This document shows, in pieces, positions 27,959-38,681 of a stretch of DNA of 64,000 nucleotides. Position numbers and translations under genes: made by a program. Position 1 is the first letter of the stretch. Every line of letters begins with the position of its first letter. The notes beneath the pieces are model-generated. The model was not told the origin of the DNA and did not search any database. It saw only the letters and a program-made list of their open reading frames with translations. Source of the stretch: Chloroflexota bacterium (GTDB lineage: Bacteria; Chloroflexota; Anaerolineae; Anaerolineales; UBA4823); the NCBI GenBank assembly GCA_032124675.1, contig JAQBDA010000095.1:594-64593 (forward strand). The letters run 5' to 3'.

Positions 27959-27986
27959 TTGACATTTTGTAAAAATCTGCTACATT
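27959..27986 (+). promoter_or_regulatory. candidate promoter for the 1387-aa secreted protein gene
   Basis: TTGACA-N16-TACATT in an AT-rich spacer about 170 nt upstream of ATG 28155. Confidence 0.35.
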
Positions 27987-28154
27987 GAAGGTGGTGGGTT
28001 TGAATTATCGTTTTCCTGTGGTCTCATATTAGTTATCTCTGAAAGGAGGTGGTTTTATCGATAGACACTAGCATACTGTCGTACTGCCTTTGGGCTCGAA
28101 CGTGTGAGTAGCACCTTCAATGGATTAATGAGAAAAACCGAAAGGAGCGAAACA

Positions 28155-31100
28155 ATGTTGGCTCTAATGAGAATAGCCAGGATGCCAGTCATTTTACTGG
28201 TTGTTTTTTTGCTGCTGGGTTCTGCCGGTATGGCATTTGGCTACGCTGCCACCCCAGCACAGGGATCCGGTCTTGAAGCTTCACCGGCGCTGGTTGCGTA
28301 CGGCTTACGTATGGATAACGAGCTGGCCACCCCCGAGACTCCCGACGCGCCGTGCAGTGGAGGCCCAACTATCGATGGCGTCTTGCTGGATGAATGCTTT
28401 GACGAGACATTTACCGTCGGTGGGACCACAAAAACTATTCGCGTGTGGTACACCAATAATGTCAGCACCGTCCAGCGTACTGTTGATGGTACGACCTACA
28501 ACCTCACCCATTGGGTGAATAATGACACTGAGCCACAGGATGTCGCCCAATGGGGCCGGGAGGCCTGGGAGCGCTACTGGGAGATCTTTGGCCACCATCC
28601 CTACGATAACGGTTGTGGGAACCGCATCAATGTACAGCTGGAGGACGGTGTCGGTTGGGCTGGCATCGCCTACTGGGCCAGCTCCGGTTCCTGCCGTATC
28701 GGCATCGACTCGCCCACTGTGCGGGCTGGCAATGCCCAGAACGTTGTGTACCATGAGTTCCAGCACTACCTTCAGTATTCCTATAATGATGGTTGCTACG
28801 GTTTCCTGAAGCCTAACTACCTGAATGGCACCGCTGCAGGTGATGCCGAGTTCGTCGAGGGCTATGCCGATCTGGCGATGGACGCCATCACTACAGCGGT
28901 GGATAACTCGCTGTACAACAATTTCGTCAACTCCTACAATCCATTGGGCAGCTTCTATGATAAGAACTACTGGGATGTATTCAACAAGTACTTCAGCGAG
29001 CAGCTTGGTTCCCAATGGACCACCGCCGATCCGCATTATCACATGGACGCCGTGCGCGAACACTATGAGGAATGCGATCTGCGTGATACTCTCTACGTCT
29101 TGGATACCCTAATACCGTCTTTAAAGCCCGGCATGACCGAAGAGAAGCTGTTCCTGAACTTCTTCGCCGCCAACTGGGCTAAAGACTGGGCCGACCCTGC
29201 CACACAGCCCGAGCTGGTCTACCTTGACGATGACGCCGGTCCGAGCTACGGCTCGATTGCTCTGTACAAAGACGAGACAATCTCCAGCGGCAGCAAAAGC
29301 TGGCCCGGCGAGACCACGCCGGATGATTGGGCTGCTCGCTACTACCAGGTCCGTCCGCAGAGCGGCTGCAGCTATGTGACCGCCAGCGTGGATGGCGCAT
29401 CCGGAGCCAACCTGGGCATCAATCTGATGGCAGCCGATACGTCAGCGCCAACCAGCGTACAGCGAATCGGCTGGATCGGCGAGGACCTGTCGAGGACATT
29501 CCCCGGCTCCGGCGTAAATGACCGCCTGGTGGCAGTGGTCAACTCTTTTGCCAACAACTACAGCTACGATGTATCCTTCACCTGCGTCACACCGGTGCTG
29601 GATATCCTCGAGCCGCGCCAGACCAACTTCGCACTAGTGGGTGAGCCTGCCAGCCCGATAGCGTTCCTGGCGCGCTTCAAGGTGACCAGTGGCGGCCTGC
29701 CGGTGCTGGGTCTGGCCGAATCGGCCATCTCTGCCGACGCTGAAGGCGACGCCATCACCATCGTCCCTGGCTCATTCTCACAGGTAGGCGAGGAGTACTG
29801 GGCGATCATGCTGCCCCCCATCAAGCCGGCAGGCACGGCCTTCGTCGACCTGCGCATCTGTCTGGGTGGCAGCATCTGCGACACCGAGACCAACGCACTG
29901 CTGTATGTTGACCCGGGCAACACCGACTTCGCCATGGTCTTCGATGGCTCGGGCTCGATGGCAACCGAGGATATCCCTGGAGAGGGCACCCGCCTGGCGA
30001 ATGCCAAGAAATCCGGCACGGTGATGGCTGACCTGCTGCGCTCCGGCGACCGTGTGCTGGTGACCGATTTCTCTGCCAAGGATAACCCGGTCGGCTGTGG
30101 CCTGCCCTTTGGTACCGGCAACTGCGAGCTGGATATCATCACCCGCCTGTCTCGTACGGATGTGCCCGCCCTACCTGCCGCAGCGATCGCTTCCACCAAG
30201 ACGGCGATCAACAACCTCACAGCTCGAGAATGGACGCCGATCGGCGCCGCGCTGCGGGATGCCAAGGATAAGCTGCTGGTGGCGCCGACCAACACCAATC
30301 CCAAGCACATCATCCTGCTCAGTGACGGGGAGGAGAACGTCAACCCGCTGTACAGCAGCGTGCGCGCCGAGCTGATCGCCTCAGGCGTGGTCATCGACAC
30401 CATCCGTTTCTCGGAAGACGCCCCGGGGGCGCTGCTGGCACAGATCGCGGCCGATACCGGCGGCAGCTACACCTACGTTCCTACCAGCGGCGGCAGCCTG
30501 GAATCGACGCTGGATATGAAGCAAGACATCGCCAGCCAGTTCGCAGCGATGGGCGTGCCGCAGGACCAGATCGAGCGCATCACTGCCGACCTGCTGCCCG
30601 GACCGTTAGGTCTGGACAATGTCTATGACTACTACGAGACCAAGGGGCAGGGTGCGGCCCGGCTGTACCACAACAACTTCCTCACTATCCCCGATAACAC
30701 CTACCAGTACGCAACCCAGCATGTGGACAGCAGCGTGAACACCTTGCGCATCGTGGTGGCGGGCAAGCAGGATGATGATAATTACTGCGGCGGCTACGTG
30801 CGTGAGGTCGGCATCCAGCCGCCCAGCGTTATCCGCACCTATATCCCGGTCAGCCCACCCACAACCGCCACACCTCCTTCGTGGGATATCCGCCATTCGG
30901 CTTACGACGATGTGGTGCTCATCCCCAACCCGGAGCCGGGTGATTGGGACATCCGCGTGCGCTATGTAATGTATGGTCCGTGTTTGGAAGGTGCCAGCGG
31001 CATGCCGCTGCAACCCGAAGACCCCACCCTGTGGGAGTCGGACTTCATGATCAACATGTCGGCAGAATCGAACATCCAGCTCACCGCCCGTTTCCTGCCA

Positions 31101-32318
31101 CCCGCGGTCGGCAACCAGGCTATGGCAGGGGATGCAGTCCCGGTCGTCGCCACCCTGCTGGACCGCAACGGGGCGCTCCCGGGAGCCGGTTTCTTCGGCG
31201 TCTCGGGCGTGATCCCGGCTGTCATCCAGAAACCTGGCGGGGCGGATGCGCTCTTCCTGTGGGATGACGGGGAGCACAACGACGGCGCTGCCGATGACGG
31301 CGTCTATGGCAACACGTATTCAAAGACCAACTTCGGCGGCACGTACAACGTGCGCATGCTGGCCTTCTTGGAAGATCCCCTGGAACCCGGGCAGGTCCTC
31401 ACCCGCGAGTGGAACGGCAGCCTGTGGATCAACGGGCCGTCCATCGACGATGGGGACAAGGACGGCATGCCCGACCCGTGGGAGCGGCGCTGCAAGCTGA
31501 ACACGCAGCTCAACGATGCCCAGCTGGATAACGACCACGATGGACTTTCCAATATCGAAGAGTTCAACCTGGGCACTCTGCCCTGCCGGGCAGACACCGA
31601 CATGGGCGGCGAGCGGGATGGCTCGGAGGTCAGCGGCGGGCGCAACCCGCTCTATGCGCCAGACGACCTGGTGCGCAAACTGGGCTATTTCAGCGTCACC
31701 CCGCTGAACCAGATGATCCGCATCCAGTGGACGCACCCAATCTCCTACACCAATATGGTCGGCTGGGTATCTCTTCTCCCTGACGACCTGGGTCAACCGG
31801 TTGACATGGGTAACACCGGACACTTCACGGTCACCAACGTGGTCAACGGCGATATGGTCTACGTGACCCTTGCGGGCCAAAACGGCACCGCGGAGGGTGA
31901 TTACAGCGAGACCCAAGGGGTCACTCCCAAGGCCGACCCCGACGCGCCCAGCGGCACGATGATGATCAACAACGGCGCCCAACGCACCTACACCAAGAAC
32001 GTGATGCTGAACATCAGCTCTTCGGACACCCCGCTGGAGGGAGCCGCGCAGTCGGCGAATGCCCATCTGGGCGGGCCATTGGCTCTGAAGTACAACGTGG
32101 TGAGCGGGAACATCGAGATGCGCATCTCGAATGACCCGTCCTTCGCTGGCGCGGTCTGGGAGCCGCTGATGCCCGAGAAACCGTGGACCCTGGCGTCTGG
32201 GGCTTTAGGCGTGCACACGGTCTTCATCCAGTTTCGTGACGGGGCGCTCAACGAGTCGTTCGTGGTGAACGACAGCATTGAGGTCAGCGGCGTATACCTG
32301 CCTATGGTTCCCAAATAA
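28155..32318 (+). CDS. large secreted multidomain protein: HExxH metalloprotease-like region, vWA domain, TSP3-like calcium-binding repeats, Ig/FN3-like C-terminus
   Basis: Signal peptide. HEFQH at 28752-28766 with downstream EGYAD. vWA MIDAS motif DGSGSM. D-x-D-x-D-G repeats ([27 protein letters not shown]). AAGGAG RBS before ATG 28155. Confidence 0.8.
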   Translation: MLALMRIARMPVILLVVFLLLGSAGMAFGYAATPAQGSGLEASPALVAYGLRMDNELATPETPDAPCSGGPTIDGVLLDECFDETFTVGGTTKTIRVWYTNNVSTVQRTVDGTTYNLTHWVNNDTEPQDVAQWGREAWERYWEIFGHHPYDNGCGNRINVQLEDGVGWAGIAYWASSGSCRIGIDSPTVRAGNAQNVVYHEFQHYLQYSYNDGCYGFLKPNYLNGTAAGDAEFVEGYADLAMDAITTAVDNSLYNNFVNSYNPLGSFYDKNYWDVFNKYFSEQLGSQWTTADPHYHMDAVREHYEECDLRDTLYVLDTLIPSLKPGMTEEKLFLNFFAANWAKDWADPATQPELVYLDDDAGPSYGSIALYKDETISSGSKSWPGETTPDDWAARYYQVRPQSGCSYVTASVDGASGANLGINLMAADTSAPTSVQRIGWIGEDLSRTFPGSGVNDRLVAVVNSFANNYSYDVSFTCVTPVLDILEPRQTNFALVGEPASPIAFLARFKVTSGGLPVLGLAESAISADAEGDAITIVPGSFSQVGEEYWAIMLPPIKPAGTAFVDLRICLGGSICDTETNALLYVDPGNTDFAMVFDGSGSMATEDIPGEGTRLANAKKSGTVMADLLRSGDRVLVTDFSAKDNPVGCGLPFGTGNCELDIITRLSRTDVPALPAAAIASTKTAINNLTAREWTPIGAALRDAKDKLLVAPTNTNPKHIILLSDGEENVNPLYSSVRAELIASGVVIDTIRFSEDAPGALLAQIAADTGGSYTYVPTSGGSLESTLDMKQDIASQFAAMGVPQDQIERITADLLPGPLGLDNVYDYYETKGQGAARLYHNNFLTIPDNTYQYATQHVDSSVNTLRIVVAGKQDDDNYCGGYVREVGIQPPSVIRTYIPVSPPTTATPPSWDIRHSAYDDVVLIPNPEPGDWDIRVRYVMYGPCLEGASGMPLQPEDPTLWESDFMINMSAESNIQLTARFLPPAVGNQAMAGDAVPVVATLLDRNGALPGAGFFGVSGVIPAVIQKPGGADALFLWDDGEHNDGAADDGVYGNTYSKTNFGGTYNVRMLAFLEDPLEPGQVLTREWNGSLWINGPSIDDGDKDGMPDPWERRCKLNTQLNDAQLDNDHDGLSNIEEFNLGTLPCRADTDMGGERDGSEVSGGRNPLYAPDDLVRKLGYFSVTPLNQMIRIQWTHPISYTNMVGWVSLLPDDLGQPVDMGNTGHFTVTNVVNGDMVYVTLAGQNGTAEGDYSETQGVTPKADPDAPSGTMMINNGAQRTYTKNVMLNISSSDTPLEGAAQSANAHLGGPLALKYNVVSGNIEMRISNDPSFAGAVWEPLMPEKPWTLASGALGVHTVFIQFRDGALNESFVVNDSIEVSGVYLPMVPK

Positions 32319-32440
32319 CAGTCACCTCAGGAGGTATGGGGTTATGTTCACCCAGTACCTCCTGAACGGCTCAATGCAGACAAGGGTACGAAATCAAGCT
32401 TGTTACCCCGGCTGCACACGTTGAACGACTTAACCTAAGA

Positions 32441-32472
32441 GGCGCAGCATCCCGTATAGGAGACGCTGCGCC
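32441..32472. terminator. hairpin between convergent genes
   Basis: GGCGCAGC..GCTGCGCC stem with a 16-nt loop. No clear U-tract. Confidence 0.4.
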
Positions 32473-32494
32473 TCACTCCCAGTGACTGGAAGAT

Positions 32495-33835
32495 TCACTC
32501 CTCTTCCTTCTTCTCTTCTCCAGACCCAATCCCCAGCGGAATCCATTTCTTGGCGTCCTTCAGGCGGTGTTGGATGCCGTGCCGGTCGTGCACCTCGTCG
32601 AAACCCTCCGGTTTGATGAACAGCTCCTCGCCGTCCAGCAGGCCGAGCACGCCGCTCTGCCCCGGCTCTGGGCGCTTCTCACCCAGGTACTTGGCTGCCA
32701 TGCTGGGCAGGTAGTCGACCGGCTCCTCGTATGTGGTGATATAGCCTTCATAATTGCGCAGTATGACCTTGTGGTCCGACATGCTGAGCAGGTAGTTGGG
32801 AGAAACCGGGATCTTGCCGCCGCCGCCCGGAGCGTCGATGATGTACTGGTGCACCGAGTAGCCGGAGGTGTGGCCGCGCAAGCCTTCCATGATCTCGATG
32901 CCCTTGGCGACCGGGGTGCGGAAGTGCCCGGCACCCTCCACCAGGTCGCACTGGTACAGGTAATACGGGCGCACGCGGATGCGCACCAGCTCCTGTACCA
33001 ATTGACGCTGGATGTGCACATTGTCGTTCACCCCAGCCAGCAGGACCGCCTGGTTGCCCAGCGGGACGCCGGCACGCGTCAGCCGGTCGGTTGCCTGCTC
33101 CAGCTCCAGGCTGATCTCGTTGGGGTGGTTGACGTGGATGTTGAGCCACAGCGGGTGGTACTTCTGCAGCATGTCGGTCAGCTCGTCGGTGACGCGCATG
33201 GGCAGGAAGACTGGCACCCGCGAGCCGATGCGCACGATCTCGATGTGCGGGATCTCGCGCAGCCGCCTGAGGATCTCATCCAGGATCTTGGGCGCCAGCA
33301 CCAGCGGGTCGCCGCCCGATAGCAGCACATCCCGCACTTGCGGCGTGCGCTTGAGGTACTCGATCTGCAGCTCGAACTCGGCGCGTGAGAAGGTCGCCGA
33401 GGGGTCGCCCACGATGCGCGAACGGGTGCAGTAGCGGCAGTAGGAGGCGCACTGCGTGGTGACCAGCATTAGCACCCGGTCCGGGTAGCGGTGCACCAGA
33501 CCCGGGACGGGCGAATGGCGGTCCTCTGCCAGCGAGTCCTCCATCATGGCGGTGAAGGGCACCATCTCGGCGTCAGTGGGCACAACCTGTTTGCGGATCG
33601 GGTCGTTTGGGTCGTCCGGGTCGATCAGCGAGATGAAGTAAGGGGTGATATCCACCCGGAACAGGTCAGACGCCGAGAGCGCCTTGCGCTCGCTGTCCGT
33701 CAGCGGGATTACCTTCTCGAATTCTTCGACCGAGTTGATGCGGTTGGAAAGCTGCCAGCGCCAGCTGTTCCATTTCTCGTCCGGGACATCGGCGTAGGCG
33801 GGTGCACGTTTGGATGTGAAAGGTCTGAATGTCAT
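32495..33835 (-). CDS. kamA: lysine 2,3-aminomutase (radical SAM)
   Basis: CASYCRYCTR radical-SAM cluster motif, with KamA-type N- and C-terminal regions. Start at ATG 33835 after AGGAG. Confidence 0.9.
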   Translation of the reverse strand: MTFRPFTSKRAPAYADVPDEKWNSWRWQLSNRINSVEEFEKVIPLTDSERKALSASDLFRVDITPYFISLIDPDDPNDPIRKQVVPTDAEMVPFTAMMEDSLAEDRHSPVPGLVHRYPDRVLMLVTTQCASYCRYCTRSRIVGDPSATFSRAEFELQIEYLKRTPQVRDVLLSGGDPLVLAPKILDEILRRLREIPHIEIVRIGSRVPVFLPMRVTDELTDMLQKYHPLWLNIHVNHPNEISLELEQATDRLTRAGVPLGNQAVLLAGVNDNVHIQRQLVQELVRIRVRPYYLYQCDLVEGAGHFRTPVAKGIEIMEGLRGHTSGYSVHQYIIDAPGGGGKIPVSPNYLLSMSDHKVILRNYEGYITTYEEPVDYLPSMAAKYLGEKRPEPGQSGVLGLLDGEELFIKPEGFDEVHDRHGIQHRLKDAKKWIPLGIGSGEEKKEEE

Positions 33836-33848
33836 CGGGCATCTCCTG

Positions 33849-33893
33849 GGTAACAGTAAATTAGGGATTAGTGATCTGAGAGTAGTGAGTAGT
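33849..33893 (-). repeat. G-depleted leader element, copy B (upstream of kamA)
   Basis: Shares GGTAACAGTAAA, GGGATT and the 15-nt AGAGTAGTGAGTAGT (plus-strand reading) with copy A. Confidence 0.6.
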
Positions 33894-33957
33894 CGACCCG
33901 CAGGGTCGCCGACGCCTACGACGCAGCGGTCGGCGGTCAACTGTCAGCTGTCAGCCC

Positions 33958-35001
33958 TCAGGGGCTGAGCATGACCTCGATGCTGGAAAGATGGATAACA
34001 TCGCTCAGCGAATCGGCGCCCTCGGTCACGGTGAGCAGCACCTTGGTGGGATCACCGATATTATACGGCACCTCAACCACAAATTCTCCATAGCTGCCCG
34101 GTCCGGGCCCATTCACCCCTGCCAGACGCATGCCGACTTCCCTTCCCTCCGCGGTAACCAGCCGCACCAGCAGCGGGTTCTCGCTGCCCGGGCGCGCCAG
34201 CCCGCTTACGATCAGCGTGCCGCCCTGGATCAGGGTGCGCTTGGTCGGCTCACGGATGATGATCGGCGACAGCACGTCCATCGGCGGCACGATATCCGCC
34301 TCGCCTACCGAGAGCAGGATCAGCGGCACCGAGTTCATCGCCACCGTGCGCCCGAACTCGTCATCCACGCTGATCTTCAGCCAGGCAGCTTCCGCAGTGG
34401 CGGCGATCTCGAAGTCCAGGTCCAGGGACATCACTGCCCAGGCGCCCAAGGGCACGAAGTCCATCACCTTGATATTGCGCACCAGCAGGCGCTCGTCTTC
34501 GCCGATCAGCTCGACGCGCACCCTACCGCCTGCCCCTGGTTTCAGGTAAGCATAAATATGCAGCGGCGAGGTGACCTTGGAGAAGGCTCCCAGGTTGCGG
34601 ATCTCGATGCCGGCATTGGGGGTCTCCGGCGTGGGAGTGGGCGTCGGCGGCGGGGGCAGAGTATATGGCGTGGCGGATGGCCCCGCGGGGGTGCGGGTGG
34701 GCGTCACAGACGGCTGAGTGGTGGGGCTGGCGGTGACCTGCGGGGTGACTGTGCTCTGCTCCAGTGAGATGCCGTCTATTTCCGCACCGGCGAGCGCTGT
34801 GCCGGACTCCCCGTTGGCCTGCACGGTGAGGGCAATCACGGTCGGCAGATGCTGGGTGGGGATGGGAGTTGGCAGCGTGGGTCCTACCAGCACGCTGCAG
34901 CCGCTCAGAACCATGCCGGTCAGCAGGCTCAGCGCCAGCCTGGGCGAGAGGAGACCCTCAAGGCGCAGGCGTTTGTTTAACCGCATCCATATAGCGAGCA
35001 T
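33958..35001 (-). CDS. hypothetical lipoprotein with Pro/Thr-rich linker and Ig-like (Gmad2/GerMN-like) C-terminal region
   Basis: Lipobox LSGC and a PT-rich linker. The start is ambiguous (35001 or 34986). Confidence 0.6.
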   Translation of the reverse strand: MLAIWMRLNKRLRLEGLLSPRLALSLLTGMVLSGCSVLVGPTLPTPIPTQHLPTVIALTVQANGESGTALAGAEIDGISLEQSTVTPQVTASPTTQPSVTPTRTPAGPSATPYTLPPPPTPTPTPETPNAGIEIRNLGAFSKVTSPLHIYAYLKPGAGGRVRVELIGEDERLLVRNIKVMDFVPLGAWAVMSLDLDFEIAATAEAAWLKISVDDEFGRTVAMNSVPLILLSVGEADIVPPMDVLSPIIIREPTKRTLIQGGTLIVSGLARPGSENPLLVRLVTAEGREVGMRLAGVNGPGPGSYGEFVVEVPYNIGDPTKVLLTVTEGADSLSDVIHLSSIEVMLSP

Positions 35002-35029
35002 CCGTATGGGGTCCCTCGCACCGCCGTTC

Positions 35030-35395
35030 TCAGGCGGAGGTGTACTGCTGGATCGCATCCAGCAGGGTTTGCAGGCGGATCGGCTTGTTCAAGTAAGCCT
35101 GTGCCCCGGCCTGGTGGGCCAGCTCGGCAGCATCCAGCTCAGGGCTGGCAGAAAGCACCAGCAGCGGCGTGGTAGACAGGCCAGGGACCTGGCGCAGCTT
35201 CTCGATCAGCGCCAGACCGCCGATATCCGGCAGGTTGATATCCAGGAAGATGATATCCGGGGTGTCTTTTCTGGCGCTGCTCAGTGCCTCCTGCCCGCTG
35301 GTGGCCCAGATCGACTGGTGTCCGAACACTTCGACAGCTTTGCCGAGCGTCTGCAGGGTCATTGGATCATCGTCGATGAATAATACTCGCGCCAT
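35030..35395 (-). CDS. single-domain CheY-like response regulator
   Basis: DDD acidic pocket, phospho-acceptor context IIFLDINLP, and a conserved K in NKP. Confidence 0.88.
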   Translation of the reverse strand: MARVLFIDDDPMTLQTLGKAVEVFGHQSIWATSGQEALSSARKDTPDIIFLDINLPDIGGLALIEKLRQVPGLSTTPLLVLSASPELDAAELAHQAGAQAYLNKPIRLQTLLDAIQQYTSA

Positions 35396-35492
35396 ACGCT
35401 TCTTTGCCTTCGACCGGGGTCGCCTGGCTGGATTTTACCATGCAGGCAGGTAAACTGACCTGTCTCCCTTGAAAGGGGATCATCAAGGTGAA

Positions 35493-36995
35493 TTATAGAC
35501 CGTAGATATCGCTGTATTTACCCTTCAGATAGCGCACATATGGTGCCGCGTCGATCCGCGATCCGGTGACGCGCTCGATCAGCTCCTGCGCTTCGAACTT
35601 GGACCCGTGCCGGTGGATCTTCTCAACCAGCCAGCCCAGCAGCTCGGCGAATTCGCCTTGCTCGATCTGCTCTGAGAGATTGGGGATATCGGCATTGATG
35701 CGCTCCCACAGCTGCAAGGAGACCAGGTTGCCCAGGGCGTAGGTGGAGAAGTAGCCGAAGTAGCCGTCTGACCAGTGCACGTCCTGAAGCACGCCGTCGC
35801 TGTCGTCCGGCGGGGTCAGCCCCAGGTAATCCTGCATGCGGCTGTTCCATGCCTCCGGCAGGTCTTTTACCTGCAGCGAGCCTTCCATCAGGGCGATCTC
35901 GAGCTCCAGGCGCAGCATGATATGCAGGTTGTAGGTGGCCTCGTCCGCTTCCACCCGGATCAGGGAGGGCTCGACTTTGTTGATCCCCCGGTAAAAGGTC
36001 ATCAGATCGATGTTCCCAAGCTGTGCCGGGAAGTATTCCTGCAGGCGCGGGTAGAAATGCCGCCAGAAGGGCAGCGAGCGCCCGACCAGGTTCTCCCACA
36101 TGCGCGACTGCGATTCGTGCAGCGCCAGGGATTCCAGGTCGCACAGCGGACCGCGGCTCAGGGACGGGTCGACCCCCATATCGTATAGGGCGTGCCCGGT
36201 TTCGTGCATGGTGCTGAACAGCGCCGAGCCGACATAATCCGGCAAAAACCGGGTGGTGATGCGCACGTCGTCGACGCCGAAGCTGGTGGTGAACGGGTGG
36301 GCTGCTTTATCCTGGCGGCCGCGCTGCCAGTTATAGCCGAACTTGCTGATCACCTCCACCCCGAAATCCCACTGCTTCTGTTCGTCGAACGGCTGGTGCA
36401 GGAACGAGTCGTCCACCTGCGGCTTTTCGGTGATGGCCTGGATCAGATCCACCTGCTGCGGGCGCAGGGCGCTGAAAATCGCCTGCACTTCGGCGGTCTT
36501 CATACCCGGCTCGTACTCGTCCAGCAGCGGGTCGTAGATATGGTCGTAGGGGGCGAACAGCGCCGCGAAGCGGCGGCGCTGTTCGACGATTTTTTCCAGG
36601 TAGGGCCGGAACCTGGCGAAGTCGTTCGCCGGGCGCGCTTCCTGCCAGACGGAGAAGGCCACCGCGGTCAGCTCGGTCAGCTCTGCCACCATCTCCGGAG
36701 GCACGCGGGTGTTCTTGTCGTACAGCCGCCGGGTGACTTTGACCAGCCGGGCATCATCGGAGTCGGGCGGCCAATCTTTGGCGGCGGGTTCCAGCTCCTC
36801 CAGCAGCCGCCCGACTTCATCCGACGTCAGGCGTATATGAGACAGCTTGCGCAGCGTGCCCATCTGCTGGCCGCGCGCTTCTGCGCCACCCGGGGGCATA
36901 TAGGTCTGCTGGTCCCATTCCAGCACCAGTGCGGCTCTATCCAGGTCGTCCCACTCCGCCAGGATAGCCTTCAATTGGTCGAGTTTTTCTTGCAT
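35493..36995 (-). CDS. M32 carboxypeptidase (Taq-type)
   Basis: HETGHALYD, HESQSRMWEN and IRVEADE motifs. Start at ATG 36995 (alternative 37016). The long N-terminal extension in the ORF track reads through a repeat element. Confidence 0.88.
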   Translation of the reverse strand: MQEKLDQLKAILAEWDDLDRAALVLEWDQQTYMPPGGAEARGQQMGTLRKLSHIRLTSDEVGRLLEELEPAAKDWPPDSDDARLVKVTRRLYDKNTRVPPEMVAELTELTAVAFSVWQEARPANDFARFRPYLEKIVEQRRRFAALFAPYDHIYDPLLDEYEPGMKTAEVQAIFSALRPQQVDLIQAITEKPQVDDSFLHQPFDEQKQWDFGVEVISKFGYNWQRGRQDKAAHPFTTSFGVDDVRITTRFLPDYVGSALFSTMHETGHALYDMGVDPSLSRGPLCDLESLALHESQSRMWENLVGRSLPFWRHFYPRLQEYFPAQLGNIDLMTFYRGINKVEPSLIRVEADEATYNLHIMLRLELEIALMEGSLQVKDLPEAWNSRMQDYLGLTPPDDSDGVLQDVHWSDGYFGYFSTYALGNLVSLQLWERINADIPNLSEQIEQGEFAELLGWLVEKIHRHGSKFEAQELIERVTGSRIDAAPYVRYLKGKYSDIYGL

Positions 36996-37061
36996 ATTAG
37001 AATTTATCTCCTTCATTTTGGTTGATGATAGATGATGCAGCAGCATCAAAACTACGTATAT

Positions 37062-37198
37062 GTCATACCGAGTCACGCTCTTTGTGGCGAGGAATCTCTG
37101 GGACCGTATTACCTTATTACCTTGCCTCCTTATTGCCTTATTACTTGAGGATGACAATAGGGATTCCTCTCCTTCGCTGCGCTCTGGATCGGAATGAC
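37062..37198. repeat. REP/MITE-like inverted repeat with internal TTATT(A/G)CCT-type short repeats
   Basis: Arms are GTCATACCGAGTCACGC..GAGGAATCTCT and AGGGATTCCTC..GATCGGAATGAC. Same family as 16894-16986. Confidence 0.7.
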
Positions 37199-37207
37199 AG
37201 TCTCGAA

Positions 37208-38149
37208 TTACGCCACCTGCCAGCGCAGCGGCTCCCCGCCCAGCGCTCTCAGCACTTCCTCTGCGATATCCACCGCCGCACGTACCTGGGCTTCCTCGGT
37301 CTGGGCGCTGATATGCGGGGTGGCGATCAGGTGCGGGTGCGCGACCAAGGCGGTCAGCCCCGGCGGTTCCTGGGCGTATACGTCCAGGGCCGCGCCGGCC
37401 ACCTGCCCCGATTCCAGCCCCCCCAGCAGGGCGCGCTCGTCGATCAAGCCGCCGCGTGCGGTGCACACCAGCCGCACGCCGGGTTTCATCTGGGCTAGGG
37501 CCTGGTCGCCGATCATGCCGCGCGTCTCGGCGATCAGGGGCACATGCAGGCTGATATAGTCCGCGCGGGCGTACAGCTCCTCCAGGGGCAGCGGCTCGGC
37601 GCCGCGCGTCCGGATCACGTCCGGGGTAAGCAGAGGGTCGTAGCCCACCACGCTCATTCCCAGCGCGGCTGCTCGCTGGGCGACTGCTGCGCCGATATTG
37701 CCCATGCCGATCACGCCCAGCGTCTTGCCGTTGAGCTCGCTGCCAACAAATTTTTTCTTCTCCCAGGAGCCTGCTTTCATGGAGGCATCCGCCCGCGGGA
37801 TATGGCGCGCCAGCGCCAGCATCAACGCCAGGGTCTGCTCGGCGACCGCCAGCGTGGTGGCGGTTGGAGCGTTGACCACAATCACCCCTCGCCGCCGGGC
37901 GGCTTCCAGGTCGATATTGTCCACGCCCACCCCGGCGCGCCCGACCACCTTCAGCCGTCCGGCAGCATCCAGCAGTTCTGCGGTCACTTTGGTGCGGCTG
38001 CGCACGACCAGGGCTTCGTAAATCCCGATCACGTACAGCAGATTCGCGGCCGCGATGCCGGTTGAGTCCTCAACCTCTGTCTGGGCGCGCAAGATGGCCT
38101 GCCCCTCTTCATCCAGTCCATCGGCAATTAATAGTTTCCATTCGCTCAT
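37208..38149 (-). CDS. D-isomer-specific 2-hydroxyacid dehydrogenase (SerA-like, no ACT domain)
   Basis: NAD-binding loop GVIGMGNIGAAVA and the catalytic R/E/H context of the family. Confidence 0.8.
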   Translation of the reverse strand: MSEWKLLIADGLDEEGQAILRAQTEVEDSTGIAAANLLYVIGIYEALVVRSRTKVTAELLDAAGRLKVVGRAGVGVDNIDLEAARRRGVIVVNAPTATTLAVAEQTLALMLALARHIPRADASMKAGSWEKKKFVGSELNGKTLGVIGMGNIGAAVAQRAAALGMSVVGYDPLLTPDVIRTRGAEPLPLEELYARADYISLHVPLIAETRGMIGDQALAQMKPGVRLVCTARGGLIDERALLGGLESGQVAGAALDVYAQEPPGLTALVAHPHLIATPHISAQTEEAQVRAAVDIAEEVLRALGGEPLRWQVA

Positions 38150-38322
38150 CTGTTCTGCCTCGCGCGCCGGGCAATTGATTTTACCTCAGAATGAATATGT
38201 AACCACGAAGAAGCGAAGACACGAAGGTACACGAACTGCCATATTCAAATATCTTTGATTTCTCGAAACCGGACAGTTCCGTTACAATTATATTTTCCAA
38301 CACTTTAAATATGGAGCTGATC

Positions 38323-38655
38323 ATGAAGCTTGAACATATCGTCGTCCTGATAACCACCCCCTCAGCTGAAGTGGGCGAACGGATCGCCGCCGCGTTGCTG
38401 GCTCAAAAGCTGGCCGCCTGCGTCAACATCCTGCCTTCTATCACTTCGATCTTCGCCTGGCAGGGCGAAGTGCAGAACGACCAGGAATCCCTGCTGCTGG
38501 TGAAGACGCGTGCCGACCTGTTCCACGACCAACTTGTCCCCGCTGTCAAAGACCTGCACCCCTACGATGTGCCGGAGATTATCGCCCTGCCGGTGGTCAT
38601 GGGCTCGCAAAGCTACCTGGACTGGATCGCTGCTGAGACTGTATCAGCACAATAA
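38323..38655 (+). CDS. cutA: divalent-cation tolerance protein CutA
   Basis: About 110 aa with CutA1-like sequence (AACVNI..S.F.W.G.V..E..L..KT). GGAG precedes ATG 38323. Confidence 0.8.
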   Translation: MKLEHIVVLITTPSAEVGERIAAALLAQKLAACVNILPSITSIFAWQGEVQNDQESLLLVKTRADLFHDQLVPAVKDLHPYDVPEIIALPVVMGSQSYLDWIAAETVSAQ

Positions 38656-38681
38656 CTGCTTGCACCAAGTGAGGGTACAAG

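Noticed and set aside
33836-33957. Lysine (L-box) riboswitch upstream of kamA
   Set aside because: The spacer is about 120 nt, and most of it is the G-depleted repeat, which cannot form the five-helix L-box.
37095-37140. Possible CRISPR-like or tandem array (TTATTACCT / TTATTGCCT repeats)
   Set aside because: The units are about 9-10 nt, degenerate, lack spacers, and are embedded in a REP-like element. No CRISPR array exists anywhere in the window.
36996-37466. N-terminal ~160-aa extension of the M32 carboxypeptidase ORF
   Set aside because: The extension reads through the REP-like element at 37062-37198 and into the 3' end of the neighbouring dehydrogenase gene. The conserved M32 sequence begins at MQEKLDQL, which has an upstream AAGGAG.
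38190-38235. GAAG-rich motif CCACGAAGAAGCGAAGACACGAAGGTACACGAA as a repeat family
   Set aside because: Only one copy is present in this window, so a family cannot be supported from these data.
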